Shown: positions 6,243 through 13,782 of the stretch, one piece after another
Position numbering within the stretch: the stretch's first letter is position 1
How the letters are laid out: each line of letters starts with the position of its first letter
IMG/VR virus record: IMGVR_UViG_3300025114_000020
Location: 1-34,651 of that record
Reading direction: 5' to 3' (one strand)
From: a virus
Lineage: Duplodnaviria; Caudoviricetes
Length of the DNA: 34,651 nt
Program-made: the position numbers and the translations under genes
The notes under the pieces: model-generated
Told to the model about the DNA's origin: nothing
The model's database searches: none
What the model saw: only the letters and a program-made list of their open reading frames with translations

Positions 6243-8014
6243 ACTATATAGAGATAGCTAAAGCCGAACCTAGGAATCGTGGATTTATAATTCCTAAAAC
6301 AGAGCTATCTTCTTATATTAATACTGAAGAGCCTTTATACCGTTCATTATATTTATATGATGAGGTAGGTAAAAGTCAAATTGATGAAGCCGGGTCCGTA
6401 GGAGATTTCTATGGAACCCGGTGGATTGATAAAGTATTAATTGATATAGATAAAGGTGATGATTCTAATGAACATACCTTACGTCAAACACTTGCATGTG
6501 TTATGGCTTTATCAGACCTAGGAGTAGTAGCACATAAATCAATACAACCTTATTTTAGTGGCACTGGATATCATCTAGTTCTACCTAATGCTGTATTTAA
6601 TTTTGAAGCCTCTCCAGAATTACCTTATATAGTCCGAAAAACTATGGCAGAGTTACTGCCTGGTATTGATGATATGATATATATTCGAACTGGAATATAT
6701 CGTATACCCCATACCGTAAATCTAAAAACGAATCTATATAAAGTTCCTCTAACAATTAAAGAGCTACAAACGTTTAAAGTAAAAGATATTCTTGACATAG
6801 CAAAAACGCCAAGATTAGAATTTGCTTATCATTCTTTAATTGGAGAAGGTGAATTAGAAGAATACATTTTAAAAGAAACACCTAAAATACAAGAATTAAG
6901 ACCTGTTACTGAAAATATCAAGGTTGTACCTTGCGTTCAAAGAATGTTAGCTATAGGACCCCAAAAAGGCTCTAGAAATAACATTTTGATGCGCATAGCT
7001 AGCCATTTCAGAAGACATGGTATTCCTAGCGAATTTGCTAAAGTTTCATTGCAACATTGGAATGACGGTAATCTAGACAACAATGTACTAATAGATAAGA
7101 TAGAACAAACATACAATAAGGGTTATCAATATTCCTGTCAAGATAAGTATATGAAAGAATATTGCCAAACTAGATGTATTTTCTTTAAACGTAAAGATTA
7201 TCTTATAGACGTATTATCTGTTGATAGTTTACAAGACGAATTTCATAATCGAATGACAACTAATTTTCGTGGAAGAACTGTAAATCTGTCAAGAATGTTA
7301 GGTTTATCTAGGGGAATTGATGCAACGATTTATCCTGGTGAATTAGTAACAATTTTTGGACCCACAGGTTCTAGTAAGACAACCTTGGCTCAAAATCTTG
7401 CATTAGGTGTTGATTTTGTAAATAATAAAATAGTCAAAGAGTGGCAGATTCCTACGCTTTTTATATCCCTTGAATTGTCAGCCTGGTATATGCATAGAAG
7501 ACATATGCAAATAGTAGCTAATTGTGGTAAAGAGGATGTAAATGAGAAATATGATATTATTTTTCGTAAGCATAGAGAAGAATTGAGTCATGTTTCCATA
7601 CAGACTATATCTCCAACAATTGAGCAAATTAAAGATAAAATACGTGAATTAAATCCAGCTATGGTAATTGTAGACTATATTGACCTTGTTGAAACTCCTC
7701 CTCATGTTAGAGGAGAATATGAACAAATTAAACATATATCTCACAGCTTATCTAATATGGCAGTTAATTTTGATGTTATTATCATTCAAATTTCTCAAGT
7801 TAGTCGAGATTATAGTAGGAACGAGGTGCTTGACTTATATGCTGGTAAGGGGTCAGGTGCCATAGAAAATGCCAGTAGAAAAGTTTTAGGGCTCAATGGA
7901 CAAGCTGATGATTCTATAAAGGAAATTAGTATGTATAAAAATACTGATGGAGAATTATTTGATACGCAGCTTGAATGGACCCCTAGTTTTAGACTAAGGA
8001 GAACAAGTGAATAA
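6239..8014 (+). CDS. AEP-type primase fused to a DnaB-like (SF4) helicase
   Basis: AEP motifs LIDIDKG, YFSGTGYH and RIPHTVNLKT; PriCT-like GSRNNILMRIASHF. Helicase motifs GPTGSSKT, ISLELS, IVDYIDL, ISQVSR and GSGAIEN. GTGA overlap with the previous gene. Confidence 0.85.
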   Translation: MNYIEIAKAEPRNRGFIIPKTELSSYINTEEPLYRSLYLYDEVGKSQIDEAGSVGDFYGTRWIDKVLIDIDKGDDSNEHTLRQTLACVMALSDLGVVAHKSIQPYFSGTGYHLVLPNAVFNFEASPELPYIVRKTMAELLPGIDDMIYIRTGIYRIPHTVNLKTNLYKVPLTIKELQTFKVKDILDIAKTPRLEFAYHSLIGEGELEEYILKETPKIQELRPVTENIKVVPCVQRMLAIGPQKGSRNNILMRIASHFRRHGIPSEFAKVSLQHWNDGNLDNNVLIDKIEQTYNKGYQYSCQDKYMKEYCQTRCIFFKRKDYLIDVLSVDSLQDEFHNRMTTNFRGRTVNLSRMLGLSRGIDATIYPGELVTIFGPTGSSKTTLAQNLALGVDFVNNKIVKEWQIPTLFISLELSAWYMHRRHMQIVANCGKEDVNEKYDIIFRKHREELSHVSIQTISPTIEQIKDKIRELNPAMVIVDYIDLVETPPHVRGEYEQIKHISHSLSNMAVNFDVIIIQISQVSRDYSRNEVLDLYAGKGSGAIENASRKVLGLNGQADDSIKEISMYKNTDGELFDTQLEWTPSFRLRRTSE

Positions 8015-8222
8015 AGGTTATATCTTTGACTTAATTAAAGTAGAAAATGGATGGGTAATATGTCTATTTTCATTTTTTCGAATAGGCTGGTTAAGAGCTA
8101 GTGAAGACAGTCGTTTTTACAAGTGCTTACAACTAGGTATTGGAAAAATCGAACTAACTATATCAATTGGATGGAATAATTCTTTTCTTACTATAGATAA
8201 TGAGATTAGCGGCATTTCATAA
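8007..8222 (+). CDS. Hypothetical protein
   Basis: GTG start with an AAGGAG RBS, overlapping the helicase stop. Confidence 0.6.
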   Translation: MNKGYIFDLIKVENGWVICLFSFFRIGWLRASEDSRFYKCLQLGIGKIELTISIGWNNSFLTIDNEISGIS

Positions 8223-8231
8223 AGGAATTGT

Positions 8232-8717
8232 ATGGAAAAAAAGCGCTATAAACGTAAAAAAGCTAAACATAAAACCACTATGGATTGGGAAAATAAATTT
8301 TTGCCTTTATTAAAAAAACATCATGGCACTCATGCTCAAGGTGTTTTCCATAGATTGATGAAAAAAAGCTCATCATTACGTTCAACCCTTAAAAAGAGGA
8401 GCAAAGAATATGAAGTGGAATTTAACATCTCTCTGGTGGTCATTAGAGAGTTATTTCTATCAAATTATGGCTCATCGTGTAAGTATTGCAATAGTATACT
8501 TGATGTTAGGACTATGGTGTGTGACCATGTGGTACCTCTTTCTTGTGGTGGTCCCTCGACTACTAAAAATCTAGAGATGATATGTAGACGTTGTAATACA
8601 AGAAAAGGACCTTTAACAGCCATACAATATCAAAATGTAGTTAGTTGGTTAAACCTTCAACCGGAGCAAGTAAGCTCCTATATCTTTCGGAAATTATCCG
8701 GAAAGGAGATGTTTTGA
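8232..8717 (+). CDS. HNH endonuclease
   Basis: CKYC...DHVVPLSCGGPSTTKNLEMICRRCNTRKG, a classic Zn-binding HNH motif. Confidence 0.9.
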   Translation: MEKKRYKRKKAKHKTTMDWENKFLPLLKKHHGTHAQGVFHRLMKKSSSLRSTLKKRSKEYEVEFNISLVVIRELFLSNYGSSCKYCNSILDVRTMVCDHVVPLSCGGPSTTKNLEMICRRCNTRKGPLTAIQYQNVVSWLNLQPEQVSSYIFRKLSGKEMF

Positions 8718-9055
8718 GAAAAACAGAAGTAAAACGTTATAGTAAAAAGGATTTTGAGAAATTTATGAATACTCAAAATACAACATCAAATAAAACAACT
8801 CAACATACAAATCATACATCTGATTATAAAGTTGAAAAAAATATACCAATTCCTCATCACAGGATACATAGATATCCCCTGCTTGACTTAAAAGTTGGTG
8901 ATTCTTTTGTAGTACCTATTAATGAAACCAAGCATGTAAGAAGTGCTATTGGTAGAGTTCATAGAAATAACATAGCTCTTAGCTTTGTTACTCGTACTGT
9001 TAACGGAAGAGGGAAAGCTGGCAAACAATTACGCGTTTGGCGTGTAACTAGCTAG
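8714..9055 (+). CDS. Conserved phage small basic protein, possibly DNA-binding
   Basis: The pattern VEKNIPIP...YPLLDLKVGDSFVVP...LRVWRV is seen in small phage proteins. The likely start is TTG 8714 (AAAGGAG RBS, TTGA overlap with the HNH stop) rather than 8645. Confidence 0.6.
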   Translation: MRKTEVKRYSKKDFEKFMNTQNTTSNKTTQHTNHTSDYKVEKNIPIPHHRIHRYPLLDLKVGDSFVVPINETKHVRSAIGRVHRNNIALSFVTRTVNGRGKAGKQLRVWRVTS

Positions 9056-9057
9056 CC

Positions 9058-9150
9058 TAGAAAACGAAATGAAAGGGAAAAAGACAGGCGGAGCTCCCAA
9101 GACCAGAGAGGAATTTGCCACCGGGACCTTTTTCCCTTTTCATTTTTCTA
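9058..9150 (+). other. Long stem-loop with an internal hairpin
   Basis: AAATG-AAAGGGAAAAAG (9067-9083) pairs with CTTTTTCCCTTT-T-CATTT (9128-9145). An inner GGCGGAGCTCC/GGAATTTGCC pairing uses G-U pairs. Confidence 0.65.
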
Positions 9151-9233
9151 CTGATAATAAATTAACAATTTTAATTATGTTGTGGATTATTGACAAAATA
9201 ATAATGGTAATATTGTTTTGGGCTATGAAACAA

Positions 9234-9310
9234 TGAGCAGATACGCTTCTTACCTTGATGAACAATACAACGGTTATATAAGTATAGCACTCCTAATAGC
9301 TATCTGCTCA
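9234..9310. repeat. Perfect 10-bp inverted repeat
   Basis: TGAGCAGATA (9234-9243) and TATCTGCTCA (9301-9310), extendable by GCT/AGC after a bulge. Confidence 0.7.
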
Positions 9311-9355
9311 AAATTTAAAAATGGGATACCTCCTAAGAGGCAATCTCGTCGGATA

Positions 9356-9395
9356 AGGGAGGGGAGTTTATTTTTTCTCCCCTTCCTGTAATTTT
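9356..9395 (+). terminator. Terminator-like hairpin
   Basis: 11-bp stem AGGGAGGGGAG/CTCCCCTTCCT (one G-U) with a 10-nt T-rich loop. The U-tract is weak (GTAATTTT). Confidence 0.4.
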
Positions 9396-9418
9396 AACAC
9401 TAAACATGAGAGGCAAGT

Positions 9419-9598
9419 ATGGAAAGAAAAAAAGTAAACTTTAGCAATAGGTACTACATTCAGGAACCTTATAAAACTGAATATGAAAAAGCAGCGCATG
9501 GTAAATGGTATTATAAAGAATATTGGACCATGTCTCACTTAGAAAGACGTCAAGCTAACCCGCAGAAGATGCGACATCCTTTAAAGGAGACAGTATGA
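9419..9598 (+). CDS. Hypothetical protein, 59 aa, not in the ORF track
   Basis: GAGAGG RBS, MERKKVNFSNRYYIQEPYK...HPLKETV, ATGA overlap with the next gene. Confidence 0.6.
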   Translation: MERKKVNFSNRYYIQEPYKTEYEKAAHGKWYYKEYWTMSHLERRQANPQKMRHPLKETV

Positions 9599-9852
9599 AA
9601 ACAAAAGAAAATCCGCAAAAACGACAAAATGCAGAGCAACGAGAGATTTATAAAAGAAATCCTGAAAAGTTTGACCATGATAACGACGGGTCTAGAATAA
9701 GTAGGGAAATGGCCCATCATAGACGAGCTCTTTTTGGGAAAAAATATTTAGCTGAAATGAGAAACCCTGATACTATTCACCCTTTATCTTTTGAAGAATT
9801 TGATAGTATTCCAGACATTGAGAAGGAAAAAATAGCTAATGCGAAGAAGTAG
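9595..9852 (+). CDS. Hypothetical protein
   Basis: AAAGGAG RBS; coupled to neighbouring genes. Confidence 0.65.
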   Translation: MKTKENPQKRQNAEQREIYKRNPEKFDHDNDGSRISREMAHHRRALFGKKYLAEMRNPDTIHPLSFEEFDSIPDIEKEKIANAKK

Positions 9853-10372
9853 TCCTCCAGTATATAGTGAATGTTGTAATGCTTTTCCTGTATGGAAAGA
9901 AGAACACTTATGTTCCAAATGTACACAGCCAACTAAATTCTATGACCCTGAAGACACTATGACCCTGGAAGAATATCAAAGAGAAAAAATGGTAAACAAT
10001 GATAGTAAATTTGACTTAGATTTAAAATATGGTCAAATAAGAGAGCAATTATTTGCTGATATCATGTTAGGAAAAGAACTCGTAGAAATTAAAACAGAAC
10101 GTGGTCAATGGCAGCGCACTGGAAATATAGCCATTGAATGGATGTCAAGAGAAAAACTTTCAGGAATAGCTACTACAAAAGCTGATTGGTGGGTTCACTT
10201 TTTAGCTGATGAAAATAAAACAAAGGCAGTTATTATGATACCTGTTTTTGAATTAAAGGCCAAGATAAAGAAATTAAAAAAACTTGGTATTGCAAAAGAT
10301 AGTAGAGGAGGAGATGATGATACTAGTCGACTCGTTCTTCTTCCTCTTAACCAGTTATTTGGAGATGTATGA
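9839..10372 (+). CDS. PD-(D/E)XK-like nuclease-fold phage protein with an N-terminal Zn ribbon
   Basis: N-terminal SECCNA...CSKC. C-terminal FDLDLKYGQIRE...VEIKTER...TGNIAIEW...SGIATTKADWW contains an ExK motif. Confidence 0.6.
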   Translation: MRRSSPPVYSECCNAFPVWKEEHLCSKCTQPTKFYDPEDTMTLEEYQREKMVNNDSKFDLDLKYGQIREQLFADIMLGKELVEIKTERGQWQRTGNIAIEWMSREKLSGIATTKADWWVHFLADENKTKAVIMIPVFELKAKIKKLKKLGIAKDSRGGDDDTSRLVLLPLNQLFGDV

Positions 10373-10695
10373 CTAAAAAGGAAATCACAAAACTAATTGT
10401 CAGCCACGGTGTTCTAACTGATTCAGTTCAAAATCTTGCTGAAATTGTTAATACATTAATTGATAATAATATTGACATTGCCAAAGAAATTCAGTTAGTT
10501 AGAGATGAGAATATCACTCTATGTAATAAGCTAAATGAGGTAGAGTTAATTTTAGAAAAAGATGCAAAGCCACTTGTTATGCCTGTGGTTAAAAGAAAAA
10601 GAAGAATGGAAATTAATACTCCGTATCCTAAAAAACAACATCCATTTACAAAAGTTTACAATAGGTTGAGACGAATAATTAATGCCTCTACCTAA
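10369..10695 (+). CDS. Hypothetical coiled-coil protein
   Basis: GGAG RBS, ATGA overlap, heptad-like pattern. Confidence 0.6.
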   Translation: MTKKEITKLIVSHGVLTDSVQNLAEIVNTLIDNNIDIAKEIQLVRDENITLCNKLNEVELILEKDAKPLVMPVVKRKRRMEINTPYPKKQHPFTKVYNRLRRIINAST

Positions 10696-10852
10696 TCATT
10701 GTATCGAATGCGATAAGGTTGCCGATGTTTTTGAAAACTCGGTACCTTATTGCTCTCGATGCTATATGAGGGAGATATTACATGTTAAGCGAAAATCAAA
10801 TAAAAAGGCTCTTAGAGCATTGCGAAAAAATAGAACATTCAGAAAAAGATAA
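10682..10852 (+). CDS. Small Zn-ribbon protein, 56 aa, not in the ORF track
   Basis: MPLPNHCIECDKVADVFENSVPYCSRCYMRE... has CxxC-x13-CxxC and a basic tail. Confidence 0.55.
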   Translation: MPLPNHCIECDKVADVFENSVPYCSRCYMREILHVKRKSNKKALRALRKNRTFRKR

Positions 10853-10943
10853 TAAAAATTACAATAAAGGTTGGTGTCAAGCTTTACGGCTTATTTTAGA
10901 AGAAGATACTTATCCAATAAGAAAGGACCCCATTGATGTATAG
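10782..10943 (+). CDS. Hypothetical protein, 53 aa, not in the ORF track
   Basis: GAGGGAG RBS, MLSENQIKRLLEHCEK...NKGWCQALRLILEE..., TAG at 10941-10943. Confidence 0.55.
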   Translation: MLSENQIKRLLEHCEKIEHSEKDNKNYNKGWCQALRLILEEDTYPIRKDPIDV

Positions 10944-11124
10944 CGAAAAACTCGCAGATGAAGCTGACTGGAAAGATGGAATACATGCTTTTAGAGCTAA
11001 AACCCTGGAAAGAATACTGAAATTAGAAGCTCAAATAGAAATGTTAATGGAACGTATTGTTTGGTTGGAAAATCCACCCAAAGCGCCGCATCCACCTAAA
11101 GAAGAGGAAGAAATGAAGTTATGA
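10936..11124 (+). CDS. Hypothetical protein
   Basis: AAAGGA RBS; short coiled coil; coupled to the next gene. Confidence 0.55.
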   Translation: MYSEKLADEADWKDGIHAFRAKTLERILKLEAQIEMLMERIVWLENPPKAPHPPKEEEEMKL

Positions 11125-11327
11125 AAACAGGAAGGCCAAGAAAAGTTGGTATCTGGACAGCTAAATTAATGCGATTATATCGCTATTTAGGATATGATAT
11201 GCAAACATTGACAAGTAGATTCAATATTTCAAAACGAACAGCCTACAGATATACCGCGAAAGGAGGTTACCATGGCAATGTCAAGAAAAAACTATATAAA
11301 AATAGCAAAAGCAGTTCTCACCCATAA
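11121..11327 (+). CDS. Small HTH-like DNA-binding protein
   Basis: GRPRK N-terminus and an HTH-like segment, MQTLTSRFNISKRTAYRY. Confidence 0.55.
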   Translation: MKTGRPRKVGIWTAKLMRLYRYLGYDMQTLTSRFNISKRTAYRYTAKGGYHGNVKKKLYKNSKSSSHP

Positions 11328-11463
11328 ACGTTCTATGTTAAATACTAGTAATTATGTTAATTCAGAATACGTTGACTTTGTTCATGATTTATGCGTAATT
11401 TTCGAAGAAGATAACGACCGGTTTTGTCCAGATAAATTTAAACAAGCAACAGAAGTTATATGA
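11272..11463 (+). CDS. Conserved phage hypothetical protein
   Basis: AAGGAGG RBS; pattern MSRKNYIKIA...LCVIFEEDNDRFCPDKFKQA. Confidence 0.65.
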   Translation: MAMSRKNYIKIAKAVLTHKRSMLNTSNYVNSEYVDFVHDLCVIFEEDNDRFCPDKFKQATEVI

Positions 11464-11720
11464 AGAACTTCGAAGAAGCCCTGGAGCGTATTGATGCTTT
11501 GGAAAAGGAAAATCATAATCTTCAAGTCAAACTTAAAAAAGCTTTGTGGACAGAAAAATCATCTTCAGTTGAAGATACTGATACATTCACTAACATCCAA
11601 GTTGGTGATAATGACGAAGTTGATAAAGAAAGACAAGAAGCTATGGAACGATTCACAGAAAGGATGAGGAATGATTCTAAAAAATACAGAGAGGAACGAA
11701 ATGGCAAAATCACCAAGTAG
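11460..11720 (+). CDS. Hypothetical coiled-coil protein
   Basis: ATGA overlap; charged helical composition. Confidence 0.6.
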   Translation: MKNFEEALERIDALEKENHNLQVKLKKALWTEKSSSVEDTDTFTNIQVGDNDEVDKERQEAMERFTERMRNDSKKYREERNGKITK

Positions 11721-11952
11721 AAAACCAACAATGAAAGAAACTGTAGGTGTCATTAATCAAATTATACGAGAAATTACAGCGTTAAAAACAGATATTCAAA
11801 CTTTAACAGGTGTTTTAGATATGTATATTGAAATGAATGGCCATACTGATAAATTCACTGGTTTTATTAATAAAGAACTTAACATAGAGGAAAACAATGA
11901 CGTACAAACAAATGAAGAGGGTAGTACGAAAGCAGTTGAAGGAAGTTCTTAA
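11701..11952 (+). CDS. Hypothetical protein
   Basis: Likely start is ATG 11701 (GAGGA RBS) rather than 11671. Confidence 0.6.
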   Translation: MAKSPSRKPTMKETVGVINQIIREITALKTDIQTLTGVLDMYIEMNGHTDKFTGFINKELNIEENNDVQTNEEGSTKAVEGSS

Positions 11953-12235
11953 AACTAGGGATGCTGGTCAAAAAGAATACGCACATGATATTGATAATGT
12001 ATTCGCTAATTTTGAGCGCTCATCTAGTTTACTTGACATTCCTAGAGATAAAGCCTTAATGGTATTTCTATTAAAGCATATTGATGGGATATCAGCCCAT
12101 GTCAAGGGTCATACTTCACAACGAGAAGACGTTACTGGGAGAATTACAGACGCCATTGTTTATCTCTGTTTATTGAGAGGCATGATAGAAGATGGAAAGA
12201 ATCGGTCAGAAAGAAACATTGTACGTACTGTGTGA
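11897..12235 (+). CDS. All-alpha MazG/dNTP-pyrophosphohydrolase-like (nucleotide-modification-associated) small protein
   Basis: Pattern KEYAHD..NVFANFER...FLLKHIDGI...EDVTGRITDAIVYLCLL; GAGGA RBS. Confidence 0.5.
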   Translation: MTYKQMKRVVRKQLKEVLKTRDAGQKEYAHDIDNVFANFERSSSLLDIPRDKALMVFLLKHIDGISAHVKGHTSQREDVTGRITDAIVYLCLLRGMIEDGKNRSERNIVRTV

Positions 12236-12398
12236 AGAATGTAATGAAATGATAGGACCCACAACACCTGCTGTTGAGGTATCGCATGGTTTTGTAGCAG
12301 AAGACGGCTTTTATATTGATGAAAGCATAATTGTTCACTCAGAATGTGTAGGTGGAGATACTTTAGCAAAAGTTATTGCTAAAATTGAAAAAAATTAG
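12192..12398 (+). CDS. Small Zn-binding protein
   Basis: CEEC...HSEC motif; last gene of the + block. Confidence 0.55.
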   Translation: MERIGQKETLYVLCEECNEMIGPTTPAVEVSHGFVAEDGFYIDESIIVHSECVGGDTLAKVIAKIEKN

Positions 12399-12417
12399 TC
12401 TCTGTGATTAATAAGTG

Positions 12418-12460
12418 GTGGGGAGTAGGTATTCTATACTTGCTCCCTACTTGAGCTTTT
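12418..12460 (+). terminator. Stem-loop / terminator at the convergence of the two gene blocks
   Basis: 15-bp stem GTGGGGAGTAGGTAT (12418-12432) / ATACTTGCTCCCTAC (12436-12450), followed by TTGAGCTTTT. Confidence 0.65.
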
Positions 12461-12486
12461 AGAATTTTAATAATAACGTACAGGAG

Positions 12487-13782
12487 CTAAAATGAACGTC
12501 CTTTGGTTAGTAAAGCTTTAGTCGCACGAAGTAAATATTCGGCAGTTTTTCTCTTTGCATTTTTAGGCACCTTGCTACTATATGTTTTTGCAGCCGCAGA
12601 AACAAACTTCCTTGCTTTTCTTTTAATTACATCAGTAGCGCCCGGAGCACGTCCTGAGCCAGGCTTATTATGAGAATAAGAACTAACTGTTACAACTGGT
12701 TGATGAATACCTAGCTGGCGACCTTTTTCTCCAGCAGCTAGAATCCTCGCTTTAGTTATTACATTTTTCCCTTTCTCGCCTTGAGAAGCATAGCTTGTAA
12801 TATCAAATACATCTGCATGAGATTTACGTAAACCTGTAAACCCTTCGAAAGGTTTATAGTGAACTCTTTGCGTATGACCGCCTATTACGTATTCTTTAAC
12901 TGATTTTAACTTACCTCCCCTAGCCATATAGGCTGGACTAAATTTTGCAGTCAATCCGCTGCCTTCTGCCACTAGCTGTATAGGGCTTCCTGTTTTAATA
13001 AGATTACCTTTATACTTAATTGTTCCATCTTTTGCATATTCTAAAGCTTTAGAAATATTATTCTTTTTTAGTTCTTTTGTAATAAGCTGTAATCTAGGGT
13101 CGCCAGTAGCTGCAGCTCTTAATTTTTGAGTCATATGTTTTGTAGCTTTATTAGTTGGGTCTTTATGACTTACATCATATACAGTAAATGGTTTTTTAGT
13201 ATTAAACCCTTTATTTTGCAATGCCTTATTAATATCAGGGTCCATTCTGACATTAGCTCCCTGAATAAATGTTCCACCGTGCTTAAAATTTATAGGCTGA
13301 TTAAAACTCTTTTGCAAAACGGCTTGAGCCATTTTACGTTCTGGCGCCATTGTTTGTAAATTTAAATAATATTCCTTCATTTTTTTAGGAATGTGTAATC
13401 CTTGACTTTTTAACATGCTCATATGCTTATTAAGTAATGTTAAAGAGCTTTTTACAGCTTCTAATTCCAAAGGATTACCAGAGCGTATTAAAGACTTAAG
13501 TAATGTTAAGGGCATTCTACGTCGAGTTCCCTTACCAGCCTGTAAAAGATTATTAGTAAATTGAGATATTTTAGATTCGCCTGAATAAGAACCTTCTACG
13601 TTAGCTCCAAATCCATGTGTATCAATAGCTCTAGCAAATCCTCTTTTACCATATTTTGCCAATTGTTGTCCTATAAGCGCTGCTCCAATCAATCCTGCAG
13701 CTCCTTTAGTTACTTTTCCTTCTAAGAAATCATCTAAAGAAGAATGATGAGTTTCTTGTGGGTCTATATCATCTGATGGCAT
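12487..13782 (-). CDS. Basic (Lys-rich) hypothetical protein, probably virion-internal
   Basis: Long ORF directly downstream of the giant protein. The likely start is ATG 13782 (MPSDD..., GAGG RBS) rather than 13800. Confidence 0.7.
   Translation of the reverse strand: MPSDDIDPQETHHSSLDDFLEGKVTKGAAGLIGAALIGQQLAKYGKRGFARAIDTHGFGANVEGSYSGESKISQFTNNLLQAGKGTRRRMPLTLLKSLIRSGNPLELEAVKSSLTLLNKHMSMLKSQGLHIPKKMKEYYLNLQTMAPERKMAQAVLQKSFNQPINFKHGGTFIQGANVRMDPDINKALQNKGFNTKKPFTVYDVSHKDPTNKATKHMTQKLRAAATGDPRLQLITKELKKNNISKALEYAKDGTIKYKGNLIKTGSPIQLVAEGSGLTAKFSPAYMARGGKLKSVKEYVIGGHTQRVHYKPFEGFTGLRKSHADVFDITSYASQGEKGKNVITKARILAAGEKGRQLGIHQPVVTVSSYSHNKPGSGRAPGATDVIKRKARKFVSAAAKTYSSKVPKNAKRKTAEYLLRATKALLTKGRSF

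Noticed and set aside
9190-9218. Perfect TTGACA -35 box
   Set aside because: There is no good -10 at 16-18 nt spacing (TAATAT at 12, TATTGT at 15), so it was not called as a promoter.
9177-9391. Tiny ORFs MLWIIDK... (19 aa) and MSRYASY... (52 aa)
   Set aside because: They have no SD, unlike neighbouring genes, and run through strong hairpins; the RNA-structure explanation is preferred.
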